A stretch of DNA of 64,000 nt from Gemmatimonadota bacterium (GCA_036679605.1 JAZDCZ010000407.1:91417-155416); one strand, 5' to 3'; shown: positions 31,334-40,897, numbered from the stretch's first letter. Translations and numbers: made by a program. The notes: generated by a model from the letters alone, not told the origin.

Positions 31334-32929
31334 ATGGATTACTCAAAGCATGTGGCGGACAAGACCCCGCAGTCTGAGCCGATCATTGGTCGCGAGGCGG
31401 ACATGGCCAAAAATAGCGCCGGCGGGTTCTCGTTCGAGCTAGACAAATGGACGCAGCTCGAGAGGTTTCTCGTGTTGGGTACTGAGGGTGGAACATTCTA
31501 CACAGGCGAGCGGAAGCTGACCCGGGAAAACATGTCCGTGATCTTGATCTGCGCGAAGGAGGATGGCCCGCGCGCCGTCGCTACCATTGTCAGGTTCCGC
31601 AGGGAGAACCGTGCGCCGAAGGTGAACACACTGCTCTTCGCGCTGGCGGTCTGCGCCAAGATGGCTGGCAAAGAGTCCGCCACGGCGGCCAACGCGGCCG
31701 TCACAGAGGTTTGCAGCACGGCGACGCACTTGTTTGGGTTCCTAAAGTATGTCAAAGCCCTCGGAGGCACTGGTTCTGGCACCCGCCGGGCAGTTGCCCG
31801 CTGGTACAACTCTCGTGAGCCAGTAAACTTGGCGTACCAGGTCGCGAAATACCGCAGCAGGGAAGGTTGGACGCACAGGGATGTCCTGCGCGTGGCGCAT
31901 GTTGTCCCAGAGACCGACGCCCACAACGATGTCCTCGCGTTCGCGGCTGGCAAGGCCGGGGCTGATCCGGAGAAGGCACATATGGAGATTCTTCGAGCGG
32001 CGGAGATCGCGGCTGGCGCGACCACGCCGGACGAGGTGATCTCTCTCATCCACGACTTCAGGTTGCCGTGGGAGTGCATCCCGTCGGACCTAATGAAGTC
32101 GCCGGAGGTCAATGAAGCATTGCTTCAGAACATGCCGATGACGGCCACGGTGCGACAGCTCGGCAGGATGACGGCCCTAGGGCTGCTCGGGCCGATGTCG
32201 GACACCGCGAATCTCGTCATCGAGAGGCTTTTGAACGCCGACGCGGTGAGGAAGTCGCGGATGCACCCGATCCAGGTGCTGGCGGCTTTGTCCACCTACT
32301 CCAATGGTGAGGGGGCTAGGGGATCCCTTAGCTGGAACCCGAACCAGTCGATTGTGGACGCCCTCGACGGGGCGTTCTATGCGTCCTTCGGGAATGTGGA
32401 GCCGACGGGCAAGAGGACATACCTTGCCCTCGACGCGTCCGGCTCGATGGGCTGGGGCGACATCGCGGGCATCCCTGGGCTGACCCCAGCCAAGGCGACG
32501 GCGGCGATGTGTATGGTCACCGCTCGCACCGAGGCCAAGGGCAGCTTCCATGTGGCGGCCTTCTCGGACGAGATGATCCCGGTGGCGATCACGCCGAACC
32601 AGCGGCTGGACACCGCGATGAGGATTATCGCCGATGTCAACTGGGGCGGCACAGACTGTGCCCAGCCGATGCTCGACGCCCTTGAGAACGGGATCGAGGC
32701 GGACACATTCGTGATTTACACCGACGGGGAGACTTGGGCGGGTGCTGTCCACCCGTGCGAGGCACTCAGAAGATACCGCAGGGAGACGGGTATCCCAGCC
32801 AAGCTGGTCGTGGTTGGTATGACCTCGACGGGATTCACGATTGCGGATCCAAAGGACGCTGGAACACTGGATGTTGTCGGATTCGATTCGGCTGCCCCAC
32901 AGGTCATATCGGACTTCGCTAGGGCGTAA
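31334..32929 (+). CDS. Ro60/Rsr TROVE-vWA RNA-binding protein
   Basis: NSAGGF, RFLVLGTEGGTFY, KYRSREGWTHRDVLR, MPMTATVRQLG, MIDAS DASGSM, GGTDC, DVVGFDS. Confidence 0.95.
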   Translation: MDYSKHVADKTPQSEPIIGREADMAKNSAGGFSFELDKWTQLERFLVLGTEGGTFYTGERKLTRENMSVILICAKEDGPRAVATIVRFRRENRAPKVNTLLFALAVCAKMAGKESATAANAAVTEVCSTATHLFGFLKYVKALGGTGSGTRRAVARWYNSREPVNLAYQVAKYRSREGWTHRDVLRVAHVVPETDAHNDVLAFAAGKAGADPEKAHMEILRAAEIAAGATTPDEVISLIHDFRLPWECIPSDLMKSPEVNEALLQNMPMTATVRQLGRMTALGLLGPMSDTANLVIERLLNADAVRKSRMHPIQVLAALSTYSNGEGARGSLSWNPNQSIVDALDGAFYASFGNVEPTGKRTYLALDASGSMGWGDIAGIPGLTPAKATAAMCMVTARTEAKGSFHVAAFSDEMIPVAITPNQRLDTAMRIIADVNWGGTDCAQPMLDALENGIEADTFVIYTDGETWAGAVHPCEALRRYRRETGIPAKLVVVGMTSTGFTIADPKDAGTLDVVGFDSAAPQVISDFARA

Positions 32930-33199
32930 TTGCTGGTTGAAGAACCCATCGGCGTAAGTCAATCATAACACAGGCGGCCCATCTGGGGCGGCCTTTCTTA
33001 TGCGCGCTTTCCTGCTTGAGTACATCGCCCTGCCGCAATCCTAGTCCTGATAACGATAATTTTGAAGAAAAACGGCTGCGTTGCCCTATATAACGCGACC
33101 GTTTTTGTGGACAACCTCCCCTATATAATGTAGAATATGGGTAGGGGGAGACACAAAGGTAAAAGCAATCGGTAAAAGACCGCTATCAAGGAGACAGTT

Positions 33200-33787
33200 A
33201 TGAGGAAAACCGCAATCGCAATCGCAATCGTGTTCGTCTTTAGCACAGTAGCACAGGCTCAGACGCGAACCATAAAGCCACCGCCGAAGGCTGTCAGGAA
33301 GACTCCAGCCAAATCCGGCAAGGCTCGCGTACGGATTCATCTAAACCGCAGCAACAGCGGCCAAACTCACGACAGCAATGGTAGTCGTCAGATTCACGGC
33401 AACGGAAGCCGTTACAACGGAAGCCGTTACGACAGCGGAAGTCGTTACAACAACGGAAGCCGTTACGACAGCGGAAGTCGTTACAACAACGGAAGCCGTT
33501 ACGACAGCGGAAGTCGTTACAACAACGACAGCGGAAGTTACGACAGTGGAAGTCGTTACAACAGCGAAAGTGGAAGCCATAGTCATCAATATAATGAATG
33601 GATTCCTGCGGTTTACGGTTACCGCAATGTTGAAGTTTGGGTAGTGCCTGTCTACTACGGGGAAATACTCGTCCATGAGGGTTATTATGAGAGCAGGAAA
33701 GTTAGTTATGTCGTGTATGAAGGTTATTGGCAAACGCAATCCTCGTGTCTATTGTGTGGACACATCCGCGTCAGGATTGGACACTAG
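33200..33787 (+). CDS. Secreted protein with RYDSGSRYNNGS repeats
   Basis: AAGGAG RBS, signal peptide, low-complexity core. Confidence 0.65.
   Translation: MRKTAIAIAIVFVFSTVAQAQTRTIKPPPKAVRKTPAKSGKARVRIHLNRSNSGQTHDSNGSRQIHGNGSRYNGSRYDSGSRYNNGSRYDSGSRYNNGSRYDSGSRYNNDSGSYDSGSRYNSESGSHSHQYNEWIPAVYGYRNVEVWVVPVYYGEILVHEGYYESRKVSYVVYEGYWQTQSSCLLCGHIRVRIGH
33402..33565 (+). repeat. Coding tandem repeat, 36-bp unit (two 18-bp subunits), about 3-4 copies
   Basis: AACGGAAGCCGTTACGACAGCGGAAGTCGTTACAAC repeated. Confidence 0.85.
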
Positions 33788-33796
33788 GTCCGCTGG

Positions 33797-34441
33797 GTGC
33801 GAATGATACCGGATGTGTTGAAAACATTGGACAGTGGCTTCATTGATTTGATGAATCTGCGCGGAGCATCCATCGGCTGTCGTGTGGCTGTGGTGGTTGG
33901 GAGCAACGCCTGCGGCAAATCCCTACTGCGCCGAGCGATCGTTCAGAAGTTGCATTACGACGAAGGCTTGTTTGTGGCCCATTTCTCGCAGGAGGCGAGA
34001 TCCAAAGGTGGGTTACAGAGAGTTTTTGTGTACGGATCTGAGGATGACGAATCGACGGGTTATCTCACCATTAGTTCCCTTCTCAAGAACTTTCAGCAGG
34101 ATCGGGACAAGCCATGGGTCACAGTGTGTGACGAGCCGGAGATCGGACTTAGCGAGGAGTCGCAAATTGGACTCGGAGGCTGGCTCCGCGACAGAATGTC
34201 GAATGGAATGCCAAATCTGCTTGGTATGGTGGTCGTCACTCACAGCCGCCATGTCGTGTCGGCTCTCTCGCAGTGTGACGGGTTTCGGCTGCTAGACTTG
34301 GACGGAAAGTGCAATACGGCGGAGGAATGGCTGAACCGCGACATTGTCTCTGTATCGCCGCAGCAGCTTAAGGATAAAGGCATGGCTCGGTGGCATGAGT
34401 TCTCCGGTTACTTCAAGAGGCGGGAGGACAAGAATGGGTAG
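33797..34441 (+). CDS. Minimal ABC-type ATPase-like protein
   Basis: GSNACGKS, VCDEPEIGLS, VVVTHS. Confidence 0.7.
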   Translation: MRMIPDVLKTLDSGFIDLMNLRGASIGCRVAVVVGSNACGKSLLRRAIVQKLHYDEGLFVAHFSQEARSKGGLQRVFVYGSEDDESTGYLTISSLLKNFQQDRDKPWVTVCDEPEIGLSEESQIGLGGWLRDRMSNGMPNLLGMVVVTHSRHVVSALSQCDGFRLLDLDGKCNTAEEWLNRDIVSVSPQQLKDKGMARWHEFSGYFKRREDKNG

Positions 34442-36062
34442 GGATGCGGAATCGATGGCAGCCACGCAGCGATCCATTTCCGTGTCTGAGTTCTTTGCCA
34501 AGAATCGACATCTGCTCGGTTTTGATAACAAACGCAAGGCCCTGCTCACCACCGTCAAAGAAGCTGTGGACAACAGCCTTGATGCCTGTGAGGAGGCCGG
34601 AATACTTCCTGAGATACATGTGTCCCTCGCACAGGTCGGTGACGACCGTTGGCGCGTGTCTGTACGGGATAATGGCCCAGGCATACCAAGGGAACAGTTA
34701 CCGCAGGTGTTCGGTAAGCTGCTATACGGTTCCAAATTCCACCGACTCAAGATGTCCCGTGGGCAGCAAGGTATCGGCATTTCGGCTGCTGGGATGTACG
34801 GCCTAATAACCACAGGAAAGCCTGTCCGGGTCGTCAGCCGCACGGACATCTCCGATCCAGGTTGCGAAATGATGCTGGCGATCAACACGAACCGAAACTT
34901 ACCAGAGGTTATCTCCGACGCCCCAGCGTCCGTTCCATGGGGGAGGGGTACGTATATTGAGATTGAGATGTCGGCGTCATACGCTCGTGGAAGGCTTTCG
35001 GTGGATGAATATATCGAGTTGACGGCGATGGCTAATCCGCACGCCGAGATATATTATAGACCGCCGTCGGGCCTAGTCATATTTCGCCGCGCAATGGAAA
35101 CCATGCCCGCCGAGACGAGGGAAATCAAGCCGCACCCGCATGGTGTTGAGTTGGGTACCATGCTGAGGATGCTGAAGGACACAAAGGCGCGGACGGTTTC
35201 GATGTTCCTGCGCGGGGAGTTCTGTCGCGTGAGCGAATCCATCGCCACCAAAGTGTGTAGAGAGGCAAAAGTTGGTGCTGCCCGCGCGGTACGATCCGTT
35301 AAATCGTCCGACGCGGAGAGACTGCATTGCGCGCTCCAGACCGCCAAGATCATGTCCCCACCGACTGATTGCCTCTCGCCTATCGGTGCAGAGGCTCTTT
35401 TGGCTGGATTACTGAAAGGCGTGAGAGCTGAGTTTTACACCGCAGTCTCGCGCCCCCCTGCCGTCTATAGAGGGAATCCATTCCAGATAGAGGTTGCACT
35501 TGCGTGGGGCGGGGATATTGGCAATGTGGAGGGAAACAAATCCAAACTCATCAGGTTCGCGAATAGGGTGCCGTTGCTCCACCAGCCTGGATCGTGTTGT
35601 ATGCACAAGTCCGCTGCGGAGGTGCGATGGGGAGGGTATGGGCTCTCTCAGTCGAAGGGCTTGCTACCGTCCGCGCCATTGGTGATGTTAGTACACATGG
35701 CGTCCGTGTGGGTGCCGTATATGAGCGAGGGCAAGGAAGCGATCGCTGACTATGATGAGATACATAAGGAGATCAAACTCGCCCTTGCCGAGGTTGGTCG
35801 CCGATTGGCTAGACTCGTCAAACGGAAGAAAAGGCGGAAGCATCATCAGAACCGGAGGGATGTGTTTGACAGGTACATTGGTGAGGTGGCTGACGCCGTC
35901 TGTTCTCTTCGGCCCAGCACAGATAACGCCAAGTTGCGGTCAAACCTGCAGGCCATCGCGAAGACGCACACCGCCCGCGCCGACGAGCAGTATGATGACC
36001 ATGGCAAAGTGGTCCGGGCGTACGATCTTCCGGACACGATTATCATTGAGGAACCCAGCTAG
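34434..36062 (+). CDS. top6B: DNA topoisomerase VI subunit B
   Basis: SVSEFFAKN, KEAVDNSLDACEE, DNGPGI, SRGQQGIGISAA, RFANRVPLL. Confidence 0.95.
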   Translation: MGRDAESMAATQRSISVSEFFAKNRHLLGFDNKRKALLTTVKEAVDNSLDACEEAGILPEIHVSLAQVGDDRWRVSVRDNGPGIPREQLPQVFGKLLYGSKFHRLKMSRGQQGIGISAAGMYGLITTGKPVRVVSRTDISDPGCEMMLAINTNRNLPEVISDAPASVPWGRGTYIEIEMSASYARGRLSVDEYIELTAMANPHAEIYYRPPSGLVIFRRAMETMPAETREIKPHPHGVELGTMLRMLKDTKARTVSMFLRGEFCRVSESIATKVCREAKVGAARAVRSVKSSDAERLHCALQTAKIMSPPTDCLSPIGAEALLAGLLKGVRAEFYTAVSRPPAVYRGNPFQIEVALAWGGDIGNVEGNKSKLIRFANRVPLLHQPGSCCMHKSAAEVRWGGYGLSQSKGLLPSAPLVMLVHMASVWVPYMSEGKEAIADYDEIHKEIKLALAEVGRRLARLVKRKKRRKHHQNRRDVFDRYIGEVADAVCSLRPSTDNAKLRSNLQAIAKTHTARADEQYDDHGKVVRAYDLPDTIIIEEPS

Positions 36063-36113
36063 AATCAAAAGGAGGGATGCGGGGGTTCGCTTTCCTCCAC
36101 TGGCACGAGGCTA

Positions 36114-36731
36114 GTGGTGTCCCCGCTCACACTTTATGAAAAATCCATTCAGAATTATCGCGTCGTGGTTTTGGAGTGGAACATCCAAGAACGCACACGC
36201 GAGAAGGTGGAGACGATACAGGAATTGCGAGACAAAGGATTCTTAGTTCAGGAACACACTGGACCAGGCCTAGGCACTGGCGCCCGCGAGGGCGCATCCT
36301 TGGACTGGGACATCGCGACGGCTGAAACAATGGCCGATGCAAATGATAAGCTGAGCGTGCAGAAGATGGCATGGCTTGAGAGAGGAGCACATCACATGGG
36401 TTCATCGACCACCCCATTGTTACCGTCGTTATCGACCGCGAGGCTGTCTGGGTGCGAAAGGCTCATGCACGCCACCGAGTGCGAGTGGATCGAGCCGATG
36501 GTAAGGGATGGACTTATCCGCCCGAAGATCGAATCCGGCCACAGGATGATACTGGAGATTGTGCCGTTAGAGGTGGTCGTCTCGGTGGAAATCTCCGAGG
36601 ATGGCGTCTCGTTCTCGTCCGACGCGAGAAACTTCTCCAACGTGAGAGAATTAGAATCTTGGTTCTATGAGATCATCGCGGCTTCCTTCCCGTCCACCGC
36701 AGGACACACATATGACGCTGGGCGGGGATAG
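36114..36731 (+). CDS. Hypothetical protein
   Basis: 205 aa ORF. Confidence 0.45.
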   Translation: MVSPLTLYEKSIQNYRVVVLEWNIQERTREKVETIQELRDKGFLVQEHTGPGLGTGAREGASLDWDIATAETMADANDKLSVQKMAWLERGAHHMGSSTTPLLPSLSTARLSGCERLMHATECEWIEPMVRDGLIRPKIESGHRMILEIVPLEVVVSVEISEDGVSFSSDARNFSNVRELESWFYEIIAASFPSTAGHTYDAGRG

Positions 36732-36794
36732 TACCGCATTTTCGGTGGAGGTCATTCGCGCTGTGTATCTAGTCTTTCTTTCCATTTTCACTGT

Positions 36795-37240
36795 GTGAGT
36801 AGCTACCACACAACCAGTCGAATACTTGATCGAGTTGCTGGATTCTTCACCGAATGTGCAACCACTCCGGCAAAGTTATACCACGGTACGCCGGGGCGCA
36901 ACGCCCCTGACATCATTGCCTCTGGGATTGTTCCTGGGATTGCAAACTTCAAGGGTATTAGTAAGCCTGACTCGGTATATCTCACAAATTCTGAGGATTC
37001 GGCGGCGGATTGGGTGTATAACGCGTATGTGGAGTGCAGAGGTGGATCAGGATGGTAACGCGACCGTATCCGTCTTCGTGGTGGACGCTGTTGCGTTGAA
37101 TCCGCGGCTGCTGTCTACCGACCTCGGTGGCAATGTAGGCGACTGGCGGTACGCTGGCATAATCCCGCCATCTGCGCTGCAACTTGTATCAGAGCATGAT
37201 TACACGGATGATGTCGAGAAAGAGTGCGAGGAGTGTGGGC
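36795..37240 (+). pseudogene. Frameshifted ADP-ribosyltransferase-fold gene running into IS sequence
   Basis: LYHGT...VYLT in one frame; WRYAGIIPPSAL in the next frame after about 37040. Confidence 0.5.
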
Positions 37241-37790
37241 TACTACAAGGTCGAACGCACCCGCCGTCTTGTGCCGCGATACCGCTGCCGCGCGTGCGGG
37301 AAGTCGTTCAGCTCGCAGACCCACAGCCACACGTACCGCCAGCGCAGACCAGATGTGAACGACATCGTGTTCAGGCTCCTGTGTTCGGGGGTGACGATGC
37401 GGCGGACGGCGCTGGTCGTCGGTGTCAATAGGACGACGATCGAACGGAAGATGACCTGGCTGGCCGAACGGGCGAGGGTCAAACACGACGAGCGTTTGGA
37501 AGACGGCGGACTGAAAACCTCGCTCGTCCAGTTCGACGAGCTGCAGACCTTTGAGCATACCCGGCTCAAGCCCGTGTCGGTCGCCGTGGCCATCCGCGCC
37601 AAGACGGGCGAGATCATTGACATCGACGTTGCGATGATGTCGTCGTTCGGCGCGATGGCGAGGCGGACGCGGGAGCTGTACCCGGAGTGGCGCGAGGCGA
37701 GACGGGGGGCGCGGGAATCCGTGTTCCGGTCGGTCGCCAAGTGCGCGAAACCCGGCGTCACGATCAGGACGGACAAGAACAGGCACTCAC
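37240..37790 (+). mobile_element. IS1-like transposase fragment
   Basis: RYRCRACGKSF zinc ribbon, HTH (MRRTALVVGVNRTTI), VQFDEL and IRTDK acidic motifs; truncated; visibly GC-richer than flanks. Confidence 0.65.
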
Positions 37791-37940
37791 AATCACCTCA
37801 TGTTGTACGTCGCGTGGCAAAACGGCTACGAAATCGCTTAGCTTGGCGGTTTTCGGCGTCTCGCTGGCCACCGAACCGTTGCCATGGTAGAAATGGTGAG
37901 GGTTTTGACCATTTGCCACCGGGACAAGGAGCAGGTAGCG

Positions 37941-38696
37941 ATGCCGACGTACCATTGCCCGACATGTGGGGACACGTTTCCATCGGAGCGGAACTACTTG
38001 GAAGAATGTCCGTATTGCGGTTCTGCATTCCCTGATGGGCATTCCGTGCAATCCCACAAAGAACGACACGCGAGCGAATGCGCCGTAACCCGCGATAGTG
38101 CCGATCAGGCAAGAAATGAGGGGGACGTCGAGGTCGGAGCAGGTCTGAAAGATGACAATCGAGGGCAGCCCCTGACAGACGAGGTATGGCAAGGTGGCAC
38201 GAAGGTTGTAGTTCCAGCCGCGCCCCTCTCCTCGAAGGCAAGAAAGAGAGCGAAGCGGTGGATCGTTTCCACACACATCGTTTCAGCAGGCTTCCTCACA
38301 CCGATCCTGAGTTGGGCACTTGCCCTTCTCTTGTTGAAGGTAATTGCACGAAACATTGGAGGCTTCAACCAAGCCGAGAGTGTTACCCTACTTCTGGTAC
38401 TGTTCGTTGGAGCTTTTCATTTCATCGGGATTAGTCGCTCGCTTGCGTATTTGGAGAAGTATGCCGTTTCTGACGATTGGTACGACTGCACAACACCTAC
38501 AGTGATTGGATTTGCTCTCATTTCTTTCATATTATGGTTCATTGCACTTTTCTTAATATACGGTCCAACAGATTTTGAGCTTATAGTAGTTATGCTTCTT
38601 TATGTTTCAGTTGTTGTTGTTTTTGCAAAAAAGACGGCGGGACGTTTCCGCATGTTGCAGGCAAGGGATAACAAAGACGCGAACCGTACGCCATGA
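37941..38696 (+). CDS. Zinc-ribbon membrane protein
   Basis: AAGGAG RBS; CPTCG...CPYCG; about 4 TM helices. Confidence 0.65.
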   Translation: MPTYHCPTCGDTFPSERNYLEECPYCGSAFPDGHSVQSHKERHASECAVTRDSADQARNEGDVEVGAGLKDDNRGQPLTDEVWQGGTKVVVPAAPLSSKARKRAKRWIVSTHIVSAGFLTPILSWALALLLLKVIARNIGGFNQAESVTLLLVLFVGAFHFIGISRSLAYLEKYAVSDDWYDCTTPTVIGFALISFILWFIALFLIYGPTDFELIVVMLLYVSVVVVFAKKTAGRFRMLQARDNKDANRTP

Positions 38697-38793
38697 CCTG
38701 CCTTGACCGATGTGTATGTCCGATATCCAAACACAATCAAGTCAGGCAGTTAGATATAGACCTTGTTTTCTTTTACCCGGAGAGTGTACTCCG

Positions 38794-39462
38794 ATGGCCG
38801 ATAAGTCAATAGATGGGTTTATAGCAATCCGTATGCCAGTAGTCGTCCGGAAACGTTTGGAGTCCGTATCCAAGGTTCTCCGAGACATTGGGGTCACTGG
38901 GGAGTGGCAGGAGGAGGGTACCCATCATCTCACTCTGAAGTATATTGGCAAGATCGAGTCCGAGAAGTACGACGAAATTGCAGAGGCTTTGCGGGAGCCG
39001 TGCAGGGGCCTGTCCCTCCCTATTTTCACTGTTGGCCCTCTGTTCACTTTTGAGGCTCATGACGGCAATATGGTATTGGCGGCTCGTGTGACGCCTAAGA
39101 ATGACCTAGAGAGGCTATTCAGGGTATTGGAGAGGGTGGCGGTGGAGAACGGTGCCGAGAAGTCGAAGTTCCCTTCGTTCAAACCGCATATCACATTGTG
39201 CTATTTGGATAACAAAGATGATTGGAAGCGTGCGAAGACTGAGATGAATCTGCCGGATGAGTTCGGCGAGCTAACAATCCTCACCGTGCCGCTCAATGAA
39301 TCCAAGGCAGAGGGACAGGATTTCAGGATCAGACGGACGGTTAGGGTTGGTCGCCGCCAAGCTTTTCATGATATTTGGGCGGCCATAACCCCAGCGCACG
39401 CGGAGACCACTGAGGCCACATGCCAGCACTGCGACCGGAACCCTCTTGAACGAGTGGGATGA
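38794..39462 (+). CDS. 2H phosphoesterase (ThpR/LigT, 2',3'-cyclic phosphodiesterase family)
   Basis: HHLTLKYIG and FKPHITL motifs. Confidence 0.85.
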   Translation: MADKSIDGFIAIRMPVVVRKRLESVSKVLRDIGVTGEWQEEGTHHLTLKYIGKIESEKYDEIAEALREPCRGLSLPIFTVGPLFTFEAHDGNMVLAARVTPKNDLERLFRVLERVAVENGAEKSKFPSFKPHITLCYLDNKDDWKRAKTEMNLPDEFGELTILTVPLNESKAEGQDFRIRRTVRVGRRQAFHDIWAAITPAHAETTEATCQHCDRNPLERVG

Positions 39463-39677
39463 GTTTATCCAAAGCGACGGCGAGGGAGGATGCGGATGAC
39501 GAGGCTCTTGGCTATATCCTTCGGCAAGCCAAGGCAGTGGAGTGGTGGTCGCAAACTCTGCCACGGTCTGAAGAAGGTGGCCCTAATTCAGATTGCCGAG
39601 GCGATCATGTCTATACTGAAGAGAGCTGTCGTGCGTTGACGGATATCTTGGAGGGTGAGGACAATAATGTTGATTGA
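39459..39677 (+). CDS. Small hypothetical protein
   Basis: ATGA overlap with upstream gene. Confidence 0.45.
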   Translation: MSLSKATAREDADDEALGYILRQAKAVEWWSQTLPRSEEGGPNSDCRGDHVYTEESCRALTDILEGEDNNVD

Positions 39678-39984
39678 AATCGCATTCATTCTGGCTGCTG
39701 GGTTCATTTTCGGCGGATATATAGATTCACGGTTTCAGGGCGGTTATGGCGGCTTCTGTTTTGGAATGATGCCTGGAGCCGTCGGGTTGGCCATGGCGAT
39801 GTTGGCATTCGCCGCTTGGTCAATCCACGCATCAAGACCGTGGTCTTGGATTCTCGCGTACATATCCTGCACCGCGTCCGTCGGGATGGTGTCGTTGCTC
39901 GGCGCGGAGTGGCTCGCCGGGTTCGCGAAGAAATCTCTAGGAAGTGCTTGTTTTCTGGTTGGCCGCGTGCTATACTGGAATTGA
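39655..39984 (+). CDS. Small membrane protein
   Basis: Three hydrophobic segments. Confidence 0.5.
   Translation: MRTIMLIEIAFILAAGFIFGGYIDSRFQGGYGGFCFGMMPGAVGLAMAMLAFAAWSIHASRPWSWILAYISCTASVGMVSLLGAEWLAGFAKKSLGSACFLVGRVLYWN
39948..39976 (+). promoter_or_regulatory. Sigma70-like promoter of tRNA cluster 2
   Basis: TTGTTT-17 bp-TATACT with extended -10 TG. Confidence 0.65.
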
Positions 39985-40028
39985 GGTAATCGCCCTTCGC
40001 GGGGTGTGGATATAAACAGGTAAATGAG

Positions 40029-40091
40029 ATGATGAACTTAACGCTAAGCCCATGGTTACTCCCATATCTGCCCGAGGAGGGTGTCACCTAA
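40029..40091 (+). CDS. Leader peptide of tRNA cluster 2 (MMNLTLSPWLLPYLPEEGVT)
   Basis: Run CCA TGG TTA CTC CCA TAT CTG CCC plus upstream TTA and CTA; matches Leu/Pro/Trp/Tyr tRNAs. Confidence 0.8.
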   Translation: MMNLTLSPWLLPYLPEEGVT

Positions 40092-40152
40092 GCTGCGCGT
40101 ACATTTTGCGTTTCGCAGCCCCGGTGACCAAGAGGTCATCGGGGCTTTTTTT
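40083..40152 (+). terminator. Attenuator: antiterminator/terminator before tRNA cluster 2
   Basis: AGCCCCGGTGACC-AAGA-GGTCATCGGGGC-T7; 5' arm can instead pair with GTCACC/GCTGCG flanking the leader stop codon. Confidence 0.8.
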
Positions 40153-40285
40153 GTGGACATGGAGCGGACGTGTCCCGTTGGGTTCAAATCCCGCCGTCCG
40201 TATATTGAAGAGAGAGAGAGATATTAAGGGAGATAAGGCGGCAGGCGTCAGAGGCTCGTTCCCGGCACCGCACACTCTCCTCTTT

Positions 40286-40368
40286 GGCCTTGTGGTGAAA
40301 CGGCAGACACGGCCCGCTTAAACTGGGCTGCCCGCGAGGGCGTGAGGGTTCGAATCCCTCCGAGGCTA
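40286..40368 (+). tRNA. tRNA-Leu(TAA)
   Basis: Long variable arm, loop CTTAAAA, one bulged base in the anticodon stem. Confidence 0.75.
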
Positions 40369-40376
40369 TTGTGAAG

Positions 40377-40446
40377 GGTCCTGTGACGGAATTTGGTAGA
40401 TGTAGTCGCATAAGCGGCTGCCTGAAAGGGTGTGGGGGTTCAAGAC
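40377..40446 (+). pseudogene. Degenerate tRNA-Leu-like gene
   Basis: Leu-type D-arm and variable arm, truncated anticodon loop, 3' end lost. Confidence 0.5.
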
Positions 40447-40497
40447 TATTGAACGCGGGTAGCCCAATCCACTCCGCGCAGTGATAATTTTGTAGAT

Positions 40498-40568
40498 AGG
40501 TCGTTGGTCTAGTGGTAGGGCGTTGGTCTCCAAAACCAAAGACGAGGGTTCGATTCCTTCACGACCTG
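40498..40568 (+). tRNA. tRNA-Trp(CCA)
   Basis: TTGGT-CTCCAAA-ACCAA. Confidence 0.9.
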
Positions 40569-40593
40569 TTCGGCGCTTTTGACAACCGGAGAC

Positions 40594-40678
40594 GCGCGGA
40601 TGACGCAATTGGCGACGTGGCAGGCTTAGAACCTGCTGGGGTTTGTCCCCGTTGCGGGTTCGAATCCCGCTCCGCGCA
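40594..40678 (+). tRNA. tRNA-Leu(TAG)
   Basis: GCAGG-CTTAGAA-CCTGC, long variable arm. Confidence 0.9.
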
Positions 40679-40689
40679 TTGTTGGTATG

Positions 40690-40772
40690 GGGTAGGTGGC
40701 AGAGTGGCGATTGCGTCTGGCTGTAAACCAGATGTCCTTTGGACTTCGGGGGTTCGAGTCCCTCCCTGCCCA
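40690..40772 (+). tRNA. tRNA-Tyr(GTA)
   Basis: TCTGG-CTGTAAA-CCAGA, long variable arm. Confidence 0.9.
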
Positions 40773-40820
40773 TATTGCATTCAGTGAAGAGAATGATAGG
40801 GTATGGGTAGAAGAGAATGA

Positions 40821-40894
40821 CAGGGTATGGGCTAGTCTGGTAAGTCGTCCGCTCCGGAAGCGGAAGAACGTCGGTTCGAATCCGACTACCCTGA
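40821..40894 (+). tRNA. tRNA-Pro(CGG)
   Basis: C1:G72; TCCGC-TCCGGAA-GCGGA. Confidence 0.85.
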
Positions 40895-40897
40895 ATA

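Noticed and set aside
33402..33565. 36-bp periodic repeat as a possible CRISPR array
   Set aside because: Units are contiguous with no unique spacers, lie in frame within a secreted-protein ORF, and no cas genes are present.
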